Shown here: piece by piece, positions 46,281-54,955 of the stretch
How the letters are laid out: each line of letters opens with the position of its first letter
Numbering within the stretch: the first letter of the stretch is position 1
Source of the DNA: Candidatus Omnitrophota bacterium
Lineage (GTDB): Bacteria > Omnitrophota > Gorgyraeia > JABMRN01 > RBG-13-46-9
Reading direction: 5' to 3'
Assembly (NCBI GenBank): GCA_020346285.1
Contig: CP070780.1
Location: 1,113,021-1,177,020 of the forward strand
DNA: 64,000 nt
The notes under the pieces: model-generated
What the model was told of the DNA's origin: nothing
Databases searched by the model: none
What the model saw: only the letters and a program-made list of their open reading frames with translations
Position numbers and translations under genes: made by a program

Positions 46281-47272
46281 TGAGAAACATAATAATCGAG
46301 GTAAATTCAAATTTCCACCATATTGCCGGCGAGGATCTTTCCGATAAGGCGGACAATCGCTTCAGGGAATACAGGAAAAAGTGGGAAGAGTGGCCGAAAA
46401 ATTTCCATACGGGGGAATTTCCTCTTTTTATTGATGTTGAGGCAACAAGTGCTTGTAATCTGAAATGCCCTTTTTGTGCCACCACGTTCATGGAGAAGAG
46501 AATAAAAAAAGGATTTATATCATTTGATATCGTAAAGGGGATAATTGACGAAGGTGCCGAGAACGGCTTATACGGAATAAAACTTAACATTAGAGGAGAG
46601 CCGTTATTACATCCCCAGATTCACGATTTTGTAGAATATGCTAAAAAGAGAGGCCTTATAGATGTTTATTTCAATACCAATGCCATGCTACTTACGGAAG
46701 AGATTTCAAGGAAGTTGGTTGATGCGGGACTCGATAGGATCTCGATTTCTTTTGAAGGTTTCACGAAAGATGTTTATGAAGAATGCAGACCGGGCGCAAG
46801 CTATGAAAAGGTTTTGGCAAATATCGAAAATTTACAGACGTTAAAAAGAAAACTCGGTGTTGACCACCCAAAAGTGAGAGTTCAGGCAGTAATGATGAAA
46901 GATTTGTGGCCCACCTTTGATGAATATAAAAAATTCTGGTCAGAGCGAGCGGATGAGGCAGGCTTTCTGGACTTTAAAGAAATGAAGCGCAAAAGAACGG
47001 GTATTCGGTATCCATGGGCCTGCCCGCAAATTTGGCAGAGGATGGCTGTTTGGTGGGATGGCACCGTATTACCCTGTAACCATGATGACGACGGTCTCCT
47101 TGCGCTTGGAAACATACAAAAGGTGTCAATAAAAAAAGCATGGAATTCGCGAAAGTTGCAAGAGATAAGAAATAGCCATAAAAATGGAATCGCGCACGAA
47201 CTTAGTGCATGCAACGGGTGCTATTTACGGGATAGCGAGATACTCAAGCTTGTCGATAAGGATAAGTTGTAA
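46280..47272 (+). CDS. radical SAM protein with SPASM-like C-terminal domain
   Basis: FPLFIDVEATSACNLKCPFC is the radical SAM motif. The C-terminus reads CPQ....WDGTVLPCNHDD...SACNGCY. Confidence 0.8.
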   Translation: MRNIIIEVNSNFHHIAGEDLSDKADNRFREYRKKWEEWPKNFHTGEFPLFIDVEATSACNLKCPFCATTFMEKRIKKGFISFDIVKGIIDEGAENGLYGIKLNIRGEPLLHPQIHDFVEYAKKRGLIDVYFNTNAMLLTEEISRKLVDAGLDRISISFEGFTKDVYEECRPGASYEKVLANIENLQTLKRKLGVDHPKVRVQAVMMKDLWPTFDEYKKFWSERADEAGFLDFKEMKRKRTGIRYPWACPQIWQRMAVWWDGTVLPCNHDDDGLLALGNIQKVSIKKAWNSRKLQEIRNSHKNGIAHELSACNGCYLRDSEILKLVDKDKL

Positions 47273-48018
47273 TGATTATAGCCATTTTAATGGGAAGAAA
47301 AGGAAGTGTGGGATTTCCCGGTAAGAATGTGTACAGTGTTCTGGGAAGGCCCCTTGCGCATTACCCGATGAGAGCCGCGAAGAATTGCCCTGAGATTGAT
47401 AGGATATACCTTTCTACGGATGACAGACAACTTGCAAAACTCGCAAAAGCAAGTGGCGTGGAGGTTATTAAGCGGCCGCCCAAATTGTGCACTGATAAAG
47501 CCCTCGGCGAAGATGTGTACCTTCATGCATATAATTACGCAAAGAAGAAGAACAAGGTTCAAAAGATCGACCAGGTTATTTTGTTAATGTGTAACGCTGC
47601 TACTATTATGTCCGCAACAATTTCAAAAGGAATAAAAATTTTAAAGAAACACCCGAATTATGATTCCTGCGTTACTGTATCAAAGTATAATATGTGGAGC
47701 CCATTAAGGGCAAGAAAGATTGACAGTGACAATCTTTTAAAACCTTTTATTCCCCTTGAATTGTTTGCTGGCTCAAAGAAATTAAATTGCGACAGGGATT
47801 CACAGGGTGATGTATGGTTTGCCGATATGGGCGTTTCGATAGTCCGGCCCCGGTGTTTAGAAAATATAAAAGCGGGGCTACTTCCGCAAAAATGGATGGG
47901 GCAAAGAATATACCCACTTAAGCAAGATGGCGGCCTTGATGTCGATTACGAATGGCAGATACCGCAAATCGAATACTGGCTGAGAGAACATGGTATTTCC
48001 GGCATAAATAAGGAGTAA
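47272..48018 (+). CDS. cytidylyltransferase of the CMP-NulO/CMP-Kdo synthetase family (second copy)
   Basis: MIIAILMGRKGSVGFPGKNVYSVLGRPLAHYPMRAAKNCPEIDRIYLSTDD matches the N-terminal signature of CMP-sugar synthetases. Confidence 0.7.
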   Translation: MIIAILMGRKGSVGFPGKNVYSVLGRPLAHYPMRAAKNCPEIDRIYLSTDDRQLAKLAKASGVEVIKRPPKLCTDKALGEDVYLHAYNYAKKKNKVQKIDQVILLMCNAATIMSATISKGIKILKKHPNYDSCVTVSKYNMWSPLRARKIDSDNLLKPFIPLELFAGSKKLNCDRDSQGDVWFADMGVSIVRPRCLENIKAGLLPQKWMGQRIYPLKQDGGLDVDYEWQIPQIEYWLREHGISGINKE

Positions 48019-48022
48019 ACTG

Positions 48023-48763
48023 ATGGGTAACAAGGGCTCAAAAGGGACTGTTTTGATAACCGGCGCAACCGGCGACATAGGACGAGCAATAGCAACCAGA
48101 TTCGCCGGAGGGGGTTGGAATATAATATGCCACTATTTTTCCTCAAAAGAAAGGGCCGTGGCACTGAAGAGCATAATCGAAAAATACAAGGTCAATTGCG
48201 CTTTATTTAGGGCTAATTTGTTGTCGGAGAGGCAATTATCGGTTTTTATTAGCAGGCTTAAGAAAATTAATATTGATAGCCTTATTAATAACGCCGGCAC
48301 TTGTGTTGGGCACAAGCATTTCGATAGATTAACAGTCCGTGATATCACGAGTACATTTATGGTAAATACCTTCGCGCCCACATTACTTGCCGCGGCCGTA
48401 TTTAAGCGCATGAAGGCCAGGCGGTTCGGAAGGGTCGTTAATATAAGCTCGATTGCCGCCAAATACGGCAGTTCGAGCCATTCCATACATTATGGCACTT
48501 CTAAACTTGCATTAGAGGGGTTGACAAAAACCCTTGCCAGAGAAGGCGCCAAACACAATGTGCTTGTAAATACAATCAGGCCGGGCGTGATAAATACAAA
48601 ATTTCATAAAAAATTTCCGAAAGACATGAAAAAAAGAGTTAAACTTATTCCATTAAGAAAGATAGGCACACCGGCTGATATAGCGGATATGGCGTATTGT
48701 CTCGGTAGCGAAAAAAATAATTTTATAACGAATGAAATTATAACAATATCCGGCGGAGAATAA
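48023..48763 (+). CDS. short-chain dehydrogenase/reductase (classical SDR)
   Basis: TVLITGATGDIGRAIATRFAGGGWNI..., YGTSKLALEG, ITNEIITISGGE. There is an AAGGAG RBS. Confidence 0.85.
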   Translation: MGNKGSKGTVLITGATGDIGRAIATRFAGGGWNIICHYFSSKERAVALKSIIEKYKVNCALFRANLLSERQLSVFISRLKKINIDSLINNAGTCVGHKHFDRLTVRDITSTFMVNTFAPTLLAAAVFKRMKARRFGRVVNISSIAAKYGSSSHSIHYGTSKLALEGLTKTLAREGAKHNVLVNTIRPGVINTKFHKKFPKDMKKRVKLIPLRKIGTPADIADMAYCLGSEKNNFITNEIITISGGE

Positions 48764-48786
48764 CTTTAAAGACTGGAGGAACAAAA

Positions 48787-49665
48787 ATGAAGATAATAGT
48801 ATTCGGAGGTTCGGGATTTTTGGGCAGCCACGTTGCCGATGTACTTTCAGAAAGAGGCCATGATGTTACTATATTTGATTTAAAGCCGTCCTCGCATTTA
48901 AAAGGCAATCAAGAAATAGTAATCGGGGATATCTTGGATAAAAAAGCTGTGGAAGACATGGTAAAAGCAAAAGATTATGTCTATAATTTTGCAGGTATCG
49001 CGGATATTGACATAGCAAAGATTAATCCTACCGAAACAATCAGGCAGAATATACTGGGTAATTCCATAATCCTTGAGGCCTGCCACAAGCAGAGAATCAA
49101 GCGAATTCTCTATGCCTCTTCCGTATATGTCTATAGCAATTCCGGCTCTTTTTACCGTACCAGCAAACAGGCCTGCGAACTTCTCATAGAAGACTACCAG
49201 AAAGCTTATGGGCTCAATTTCACTGTAATGCGTTACGGCTCGCTTTATGGCCCACGCGCCGACGAAAAAAACTGGGTATACTGCATATTGAAGGATGCGC
49301 TTACGAAGGGTAAGATAACAAGAAAAGGTGATGGAGAGGAAATCAGGGAGTATATCCATGTCCATGACGCAGCCAGAATAAGCGCGGACCTTCTGGATGA
49401 GCGGTACGTTAACGAGTTCGCCATTATATCGGGAAATCAGACGATTAAGATAAAGGATCTTCTAGTGATGATTAAAGAAATAATGAATAATAAAATCGAA
49501 ATCGAATATGTTCCTGCAGGATATGAGGAGCATTACGAGGTTACGCCGTATTCATTCAACCCGAGAATCGCGAAAAAAATAATTAGTAATTCATACCTCG
49601 ATCTTGGCCAGGGAATCCTCGACATCATAGAGCGAATTTATAAGGAAACCCCGCAATGCGCATAA
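48787..49665 (+). CDS. NAD-dependent epimerase/dehydratase (extended SDR)
   Basis: MKIIVFGGSGFLGSHVADVLSERGHDVTIFDL; YRTSKQACE (YxxxK). Confidence 0.8.
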   Translation: MKIIVFGGSGFLGSHVADVLSERGHDVTIFDLKPSSHLKGNQEIVIGDILDKKAVEDMVKAKDYVYNFAGIADIDIAKINPTETIRQNILGNSIILEACHKQRIKRILYASSVYVYSNSGSFYRTSKQACELLIEDYQKAYGLNFTVMRYGSLYGPRADEKNWVYCILKDALTKGKITRKGDGEEIREYIHVHDAARISADLLDERYVNEFAIISGNQTIKIKDLLVMIKEIMNNKIEIEYVPAGYEEHYEVTPYSFNPRIAKKIISNSYLDLGQGILDIIERIYKETPQCA

Positions 49666-51158
49666 GGGATAAATTCAGAGTTTTGTTTATATACCCGAAT
49701 CTTATGATGAGCACATTGGTACCTATACATATATCGCTTTTATCCTCTTGCCTGAAACAAGAGGGTTTTCAAACAGATTTATTCGATACCACTTATTATA
49801 AAACAGAAGAGATAAGTTTTGATGAAAAAAAGGTCGAATTATTGCAGGTAAAAAAATTCAACTTGGAAGAACAAGGAGTAAAATATAAAGAAACTGATAT
49901 GTATGAAGATCTGATAAAGAAAGTAAAGGACTATAAACCGGACCTTATTGCTATAACCCTGGTCGAGGATACTTACGAGTTGGGTTTATCGTTGTTAAAC
50001 GCTATTAAAGATTTTGATATTCCGGTAATTGCAGGAGGGGTTTTTGTTACATTTTCTCCGGAGAAAACAATTACCAACGAAAATATTGATATGATATGCA
50101 TAGGCGAAGGCGAAGAAACCCTGGTAGAATTATGCGACAAGATGCGTAAAGGGCAAGATTATCCCATGGTCAAAAACTTGTGGATAAAACAAAACGGCAA
50201 AATTATAAAAAACGAACTAAGAAAAATAACAGACATAAATAATCTTCCTTTCATCGATTATGATATATTTGAGCCAAAGAGATTATATAGGCCTATGTAT
50301 GGCAGGATTTATACGATGATACATATTGAGCTGGACAGAGGCTGCCCCTATGAATGCTCTTACTGCGAATCGCCCCAGCTCAGGCGGCTTTACAGGGAGA
50401 AAGGTTGCGGTGTCTATTACAGAAAGAAAAGTGTCGCGAGAATTACCGAAGAATTAAAATGGTTGCTTAAAAAGTATAACCCCGATTATATCTATTTCAA
50501 TTCCGAATCATTTCTCGCAAAATCTCCAGCGGAACTCGGGAAATTCGCTAATCTGTATAAGCGGGAAATAGGCCTTCCTTTCTGGTGCCAATCGAGGCCA
50601 GAAACGGTTACAGAAGAGAAAATAAAAATTCTTAAAGATACGGATTGTCAGAACCTGCAATTTGGCATTGAGCAAGGGAATGAAAACTTTAGGGCAAAGA
50701 TTCTGAAGCGCAGGTGCTCTAATAAACAGATAATAGATGCCATGAAGCTGGTAGAGAAATATAAGATAGCTTATACGGTTAACAATATAATAGGCTTTCC
50801 TGATGAAACAAGAGAGCTAATCTTCGATACAATAAATATAAATCACCAGATTAATCCCACGACGCTTAATTGTTATATATTTGCGCCTTACAGAGGTACA
50901 TATCTTTATAACTACTGTTTAGAAAAGGGTTATCTTACCGAAGATTACAAGATACACCAATTGCTGGATGGTGCGAGATTAAGAATGAATAGCATTACAT
51001 ACGAAGAGTTAAAAGGATTGCAAAGGACATTTCCGCTTTACGCAAAAATGCCGGAGGAGAAGTGGCCGAAAATCAGGATTGCCGAGAGATTTGACGAAGA
51101 AGGAAATCGTATGTTTGAAAAATTACGAAAAGTGTATTATGAAAGATATTTCAAATAA
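49656..51158 (+). CDS. B12-binding (class B) radical SAM protein
   Basis: The N-terminal domain has VIAGGVFVTFSP. The radical SAM motif is ELDRGCPYECSYCES. Confidence 0.8.
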   Translation: MRIRDKFRVLFIYPNLMMSTLVPIHISLLSSCLKQEGFQTDLFDTTYYKTEEISFDEKKVELLQVKKFNLEEQGVKYKETDMYEDLIKKVKDYKPDLIAITLVEDTYELGLSLLNAIKDFDIPVIAGGVFVTFSPEKTITNENIDMICIGEGEETLVELCDKMRKGQDYPMVKNLWIKQNGKIIKNELRKITDINNLPFIDYDIFEPKRLYRPMYGRIYTMIHIELDRGCPYECSYCESPQLRRLYREKGCGVYYRKKSVARITEELKWLLKKYNPDYIYFNSESFLAKSPAELGKFANLYKREIGLPFWCQSRPETVTEEKIKILKDTDCQNLQFGIEQGNENFRAKILKRRCSNKQIIDAMKLVEKYKIAYTVNNIIGFPDETRELIFDTININHQINPTTLNCYIFAPYRGTYLYNYCLEKGYLTEDYKIHQLLDGARLRMNSITYEELKGLQRTFPLYAKMPEEKWPKIRIAERFDEEGNRMFEKLRKVYYERYFK

Positions 51159-53128
51159 TGAAAAGCATACTCTTTGTATTTGATTCCGGGATAAAAATGA
51201 AAAAGAACCTTAAATTACCGATTACATCCGGAGATTCGATATATTTGTTCCCCCTGACCTCAAAGATTTCCGTAACAGGGGCAATCTTGGAAAAAATCAA
51301 ATCTTTAAATGCCGTTTGCGTTACAATCCCCACCGGAAACGCGGTTAATTCCGCAGCCGAGAGAATAAGGGAAAGGTATATACGGTTTATAGCAGAAATC
51401 ACAAATCAGGTTAAATGCGACAACAGAAACTTAAGAGAAATTTTTGCCGTTGACCGGTACGCCAGCCTGTGGTGGCTTGGCCTTGTCTCCGAGAAGAATA
51501 CAATTAAATCCGACGTTTTTAATATTCTTGCGCAGCTCGACTCGATTGTCGAAACAATAAAAAATAAAAAGATTAGGAAAGTTATATTTGGTTGCGACAA
51601 CGAGAAATTAAAAAGTGTATTACGCGAATACGCCTCCAAAAATAGCATGGCATTTAAAGTTTTGCCTGTCAAGAAGGAAAAGGACATAAAAAAACGTTTT
51701 CGGAAGAGTCAAAGGTTATTTTACCTGCGCCATATTCTATCTTTGTTAAATACCGCATTAAAATTCTTTTTTAGGGCCAAAAAAATCAAGCGCAAACTCA
51801 AGGGCCTGCATTTACCTCCGCCCGGGCGAAGGGAATTTGCGACGATTACATATTATCCGAACATTGATGTTTCTCTTGCGCGTAAGGACATCTTTAAGAA
51901 CAGGTACTACAATAAATTACAGGAAGCGCTGGAAAATGAGAAGAAGAATATCGTATGGGTTGCCCTGTATGCAGAGAATAATTCCATATCGTTTAAGGAA
52001 TCCTTAGAGTACCTGGAACAGTTTGTAAAAGCAGGCTACGATATATTCTTTCTGGAAGAGTTTAACTCAATAAACGCAGGGATAAAAAACCTCCTCTATA
52101 TGCTTCGAAGCGGATTAAAGTTTATCAGGCTTGAGGAAAACATTCGCCGCGAACATGTTTTTGACGGTTACAATTTTTATTCACTCCTCAGAAATGACTG
52201 GTTTGCGTCATTTGTGGGAAGCGTGGGTTATTCGGGCCTTTTATTTTACAGCATGTTTAAGGCGTTTTTCAATAAAATTAAGGCTGAAAAATGCTTGTAT
52301 TTCTGCGAAATGCACGCATGGGAAAAGGCGCTCATATATGCAAGGGATGCCGTGGGTTCGAAAACGGCATTATTCGGTTACCAGCATAGTACGGTGTCGA
52401 AAATGCTTTTGAACTACTTTAATAAACCGGACGAAATAAGGAAACTTCAAAATTATATGTTTCCGCAACCGGACAGAATTATCTGTGACGGCCCACTTCC
52501 CCTGAGGTACCTGAAAGAGTCAGGCTGGCCCGAAGATAAACTTACGATTGCGGAGGCCGTACGTTATGACCATTTGAGAAAACAAATATGCAAGAGCCGG
52601 GAAAAAAAGAAAAATACGGTACTCCTGGCGCTTTCCATTAGCACAGAAGAAAGCAGCTCGATTCTTAACATTACTTACCAGGCGCTCAATCAGTTAAAAG
52701 AAATGGAAGTTTGGATTAGGCCGCATCCATTCGCATCCGTGGAAGATATATTTAAGACCTCCGGCATATCCAAAAAAAATCTTACGTTTTCAATCAGAAA
52801 CGAACCCATCGAAAAATTGTTATCCGAAGCCCATATAGTTATTGTCGGATTCTCGGGAGTTTCTGTAGAGGCCGTAGCGTTTGGTTGCAGGATTGTGACA
52901 GTTAATGTCCCCGAATGGATTAATATGTCGGCTTTAAAAGATATAAAGAGCGAGATTGTAAAAACCGCCGGTTCGCCCGCGGAATTACGGGAAATTGTTA
53001 TTAAAATCACCAAAGAGAAATACGACTTTCAAATGATTAAATCCGAATCCAAAAAGATAATAGACGCTTTCTTTTACCTAGATCGGAAATCTGACGTTCC
53101 GGAGCGGTTTATCGAATTACTCAAGTAA
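51158..53128 (+). CDS. large hypothetical protein, TagF-like C-terminal domain (putative surface-carbohydrate/CMP-sugar transferase)
   Basis: 656 aa. The C-terminus reads VWIRPHPFASVED...AHIVIVGFSGVSVEAVAFGCRIVTVNV, with an HP motif and the TagF/sialyltransferase-like segment. It is a paralogue of the ORFs at 13291 and 19363. Confidence 0.35.
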   Translation: MKSILFVFDSGIKMKKNLKLPITSGDSIYLFPLTSKISVTGAILEKIKSLNAVCVTIPTGNAVNSAAERIRERYIRFIAEITNQVKCDNRNLREIFAVDRYASLWWLGLVSEKNTIKSDVFNILAQLDSIVETIKNKKIRKVIFGCDNEKLKSVLREYASKNSMAFKVLPVKKEKDIKKRFRKSQRLFYLRHILSLLNTALKFFFRAKKIKRKLKGLHLPPPGRREFATITYYPNIDVSLARKDIFKNRYYNKLQEALENEKKNIVWVALYAENNSISFKESLEYLEQFVKAGYDIFFLEEFNSINAGIKNLLYMLRSGLKFIRLEENIRREHVFDGYNFYSLLRNDWFASFVGSVGYSGLLFYSMFKAFFNKIKAEKCLYFCEMHAWEKALIYARDAVGSKTALFGYQHSTVSKMLLNYFNKPDEIRKLQNYMFPQPDRIICDGPLPLRYLKESGWPEDKLTIAEAVRYDHLRKQICKSREKKKNTVLLALSISTEESSSILNITYQALNQLKEMEVWIRPHPFASVEDIFKTSGISKKNLTFSIRNEPIEKLLSEAHIVIVGFSGVSVEAVAFGCRIVTVNVPEWINMSALKDIKSEIVKTAGSPAELREIVIKITKEKYDFQMIKSESKKIIDAFFYLDRKSDVPERFIELLK

Positions 53129-53145
53129 AAAGGAGCATTACCAGG

Positions 53146-54054
53146 ATGAATACATTGTTGACCGGTGCAACGGGTTTACTCGGAAGTTATATAGTGAAGG
53201 CGTGGCGGCGAAGAGGAAACCTTATCGGGTTATATTCCGGTAACTATAAAATAGAAGATAAAGAGATCCCGTATTATATCTGCGATGTGCGCGATAATAA
53301 GCTGGAATCTATATTTCGGAAACACAAGATAGATTCCGTGATACACACAGCAGGAGAGAGCAGGGTAGATTTTTGCGAAAGAAATTATGAACATGCTTAT
53401 TCCACAAATGTGACAGGCACCAAAAACATAATTGAGCTGTGCAAGCGGCATAAATCACGCCTCGTTTATGTATCAACCAATGCTGTTTTTGACGGCACAA
53501 AACCGCCTTACAGAGAAACAGACACCCCCAATCCGATAAATACTTACGGCCGCATTAAATTAGAATGCGAAAAATTGGTCCGCGAGGCATCGGACAACTT
53601 TCTTATCATAAGACCCATCTTGATGTACGGATGGAATAATCCTAAGGAGCGCGAAAACATCGCGACATGGCTTTTAAGAAAACTTAAAAACAATGAGCAA
53701 ATTTTACTTGTGGATGACATATACGATAATATGCTTTACGCGCTCGAATGCGCGGACTCTTTGCTTAAACTTGCAGAAGAATCAAAGGGCAACGTGTATC
53801 ACATTGCGGGGAAGGATATTTTAAACCGTTATCAGTTCGGGTTGAAACTTGCCGAGATTTTCGGTTACGATAAAAATTTAATCAAACCCGTAAAGAATAG
53901 TTTCTTTAAGGAAATAGCGCCAAGGCCGAAAAATACCTCATACGATACGGCTAAACTGGAGAAAGAACTTAAGGCAAGGCTTATGGGCGTGGAAGCGGGC
54001 CTTTCGGCGATGTTCAAGGAGAAAAATTGTGCCAGACAAGAAGCCGTTATTTAG
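53146..54054 (+). CDS. RmlD-like NAD(P)-dependent 4-keto-sugar reductase (dTDP-4-dehydrorhamnose reductase family)
   Basis: MNTLLTGATGLLGSYIV...VIHTAGESRVDFCE.NYEHAYSTNVTGTKNIIELCKRHKSRLVYVSTNAVFDGTKPPYRETDTPNPINTYGRIKLECEK is the RmlD substrate-binding pattern (STD.VFDG....Y.E.D...P...YG.SK). There is an AAAGGAG RBS. Confidence 0.7.
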   Translation: MNTLLTGATGLLGSYIVKAWRRRGNLIGLYSGNYKIEDKEIPYYICDVRDNKLESIFRKHKIDSVIHTAGESRVDFCERNYEHAYSTNVTGTKNIIELCKRHKSRLVYVSTNAVFDGTKPPYRETDTPNPINTYGRIKLECEKLVREASDNFLIIRPILMYGWNNPKERENIATWLLRKLKNNEQILLVDDIYDNMLYALECADSLLKLAEESKGNVYHIAGKDILNRYQFGLKLAEIFGYDKNLIKPVKNSFFKEIAPRPKNTSYDTAKLEKELKARLMGVEAGLSAMFKEKNCARQEAVI

Positions 54055-54955
54055 TATAGCAGCAACGACTTATAATCACGGCGATTATATAAAGGCGACG
54101 TTGAAATCAGTGCTAGAGCAGACAATACAGGATTTTGAACTAATTCTTGTCGACGACGGCTCAACCGACAATACCAAAGAGGAGGTTTTGAGCATTAAGG
54201 ACGAGAGAATAAAGTATTTTTATCAAGCCCCCACCGGCCTACCTGCCTGCGCAAGGAATAGGTCTATCGAACGTACCTGCGGCAGGTATATCGCCCTTCT
54301 CGACGGAGACGATATATGGTCGCAGGAGAAGCTGGAGAGGTCGCTCGGGGTTTTTAAAGAGAATCCCGAAACAGATATCCTATGCCACGACGTAAATGTA
54401 ACCAATGAAAAGGCAAACAGCAAAAGGCGAGTACGCTTCGGGCCGTATCCGAAAGACCTGTATAGCAAGCTATTATGGGAAGGTTATTGCTTCGGAATAA
54501 GCATGTCCGTATTAAAAAAAGAAGTATTTTTCAAATATAACTTTTGGTTTGATGAGGATAAAAGACTTTTTGCGGTAGAGGATTACGAGTTTTTTTTGAG
54601 GCTCGCTAAATCACAAAAGTTTAACTTCTATTATCTTCCCGAGGCCTTAGCAGAACACGTTGTTTCAGAAAAGGGTGCGATATTGAATAATGTCGATAGA
54701 AATGCAAAAAACCTTCTGTATCTCTTTGATACGCACATAAAGAAGCATAATTATGATACCCCCGATAAAAAGGAACGTATCGCAAAAAGGCGTTCATCTC
54801 TTATAAGGAGTATAGCCCTTTTATATAACTATCGAAGAAATTATTCGAAAAGCCGGCTTTGGTTTATAAAAGCAATAAAGGAATATCCTTTTAACATAAA
54901 TAACTATCTAGGTGCTATACTATCTTCTTTGAAGATACGGGTAGGTACTATATGA
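54029..54955 (+). CDS. GT2 (GT-A fold) glycosyltransferase
   Basis: LFSIAATTYNHGDYIKATLKSVLEQTIQDFELILVDDGSTDNT, then ALLDGDD (DxD). Confidence 0.8.
   Translation: MPDKKPLFSIAATTYNHGDYIKATLKSVLEQTIQDFELILVDDGSTDNTKEEVLSIKDERIKYFYQAPTGLPACARNRSIERTCGRYIALLDGDDIWSQEKLERSLGVFKENPETDILCHDVNVTNEKANSKRRVRFGPYPKDLYSKLLWEGYCFGISMSVLKKEVFFKYNFWFDEDKRLFAVEDYEFFLRLAKSQKFNFYYLPEALAEHVVSEKGAILNNVDRNAKNLLYLFDTHIKKHNYDTPDKKERIAKRRSSLIRSIALLYNYRRNYSKSRLWFIKAIKEYPFNINNYLGAILSSLKIRVGTI

Noticed and set aside
12214-47272. SPASM-domain radical SAM enzymes as RiPP (ranthipeptide or sactipeptide) maturases.
   Set aside because: There are no small precursor-peptide ORFs. Intergenic gaps next to these genes are 0-30 nt, and all neighbours are sugar-nucleotide enzymes. 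Sugar-modifying SPASM/twitch enzymes (BtrN/AprD4-like) are the more parsimonious reading.
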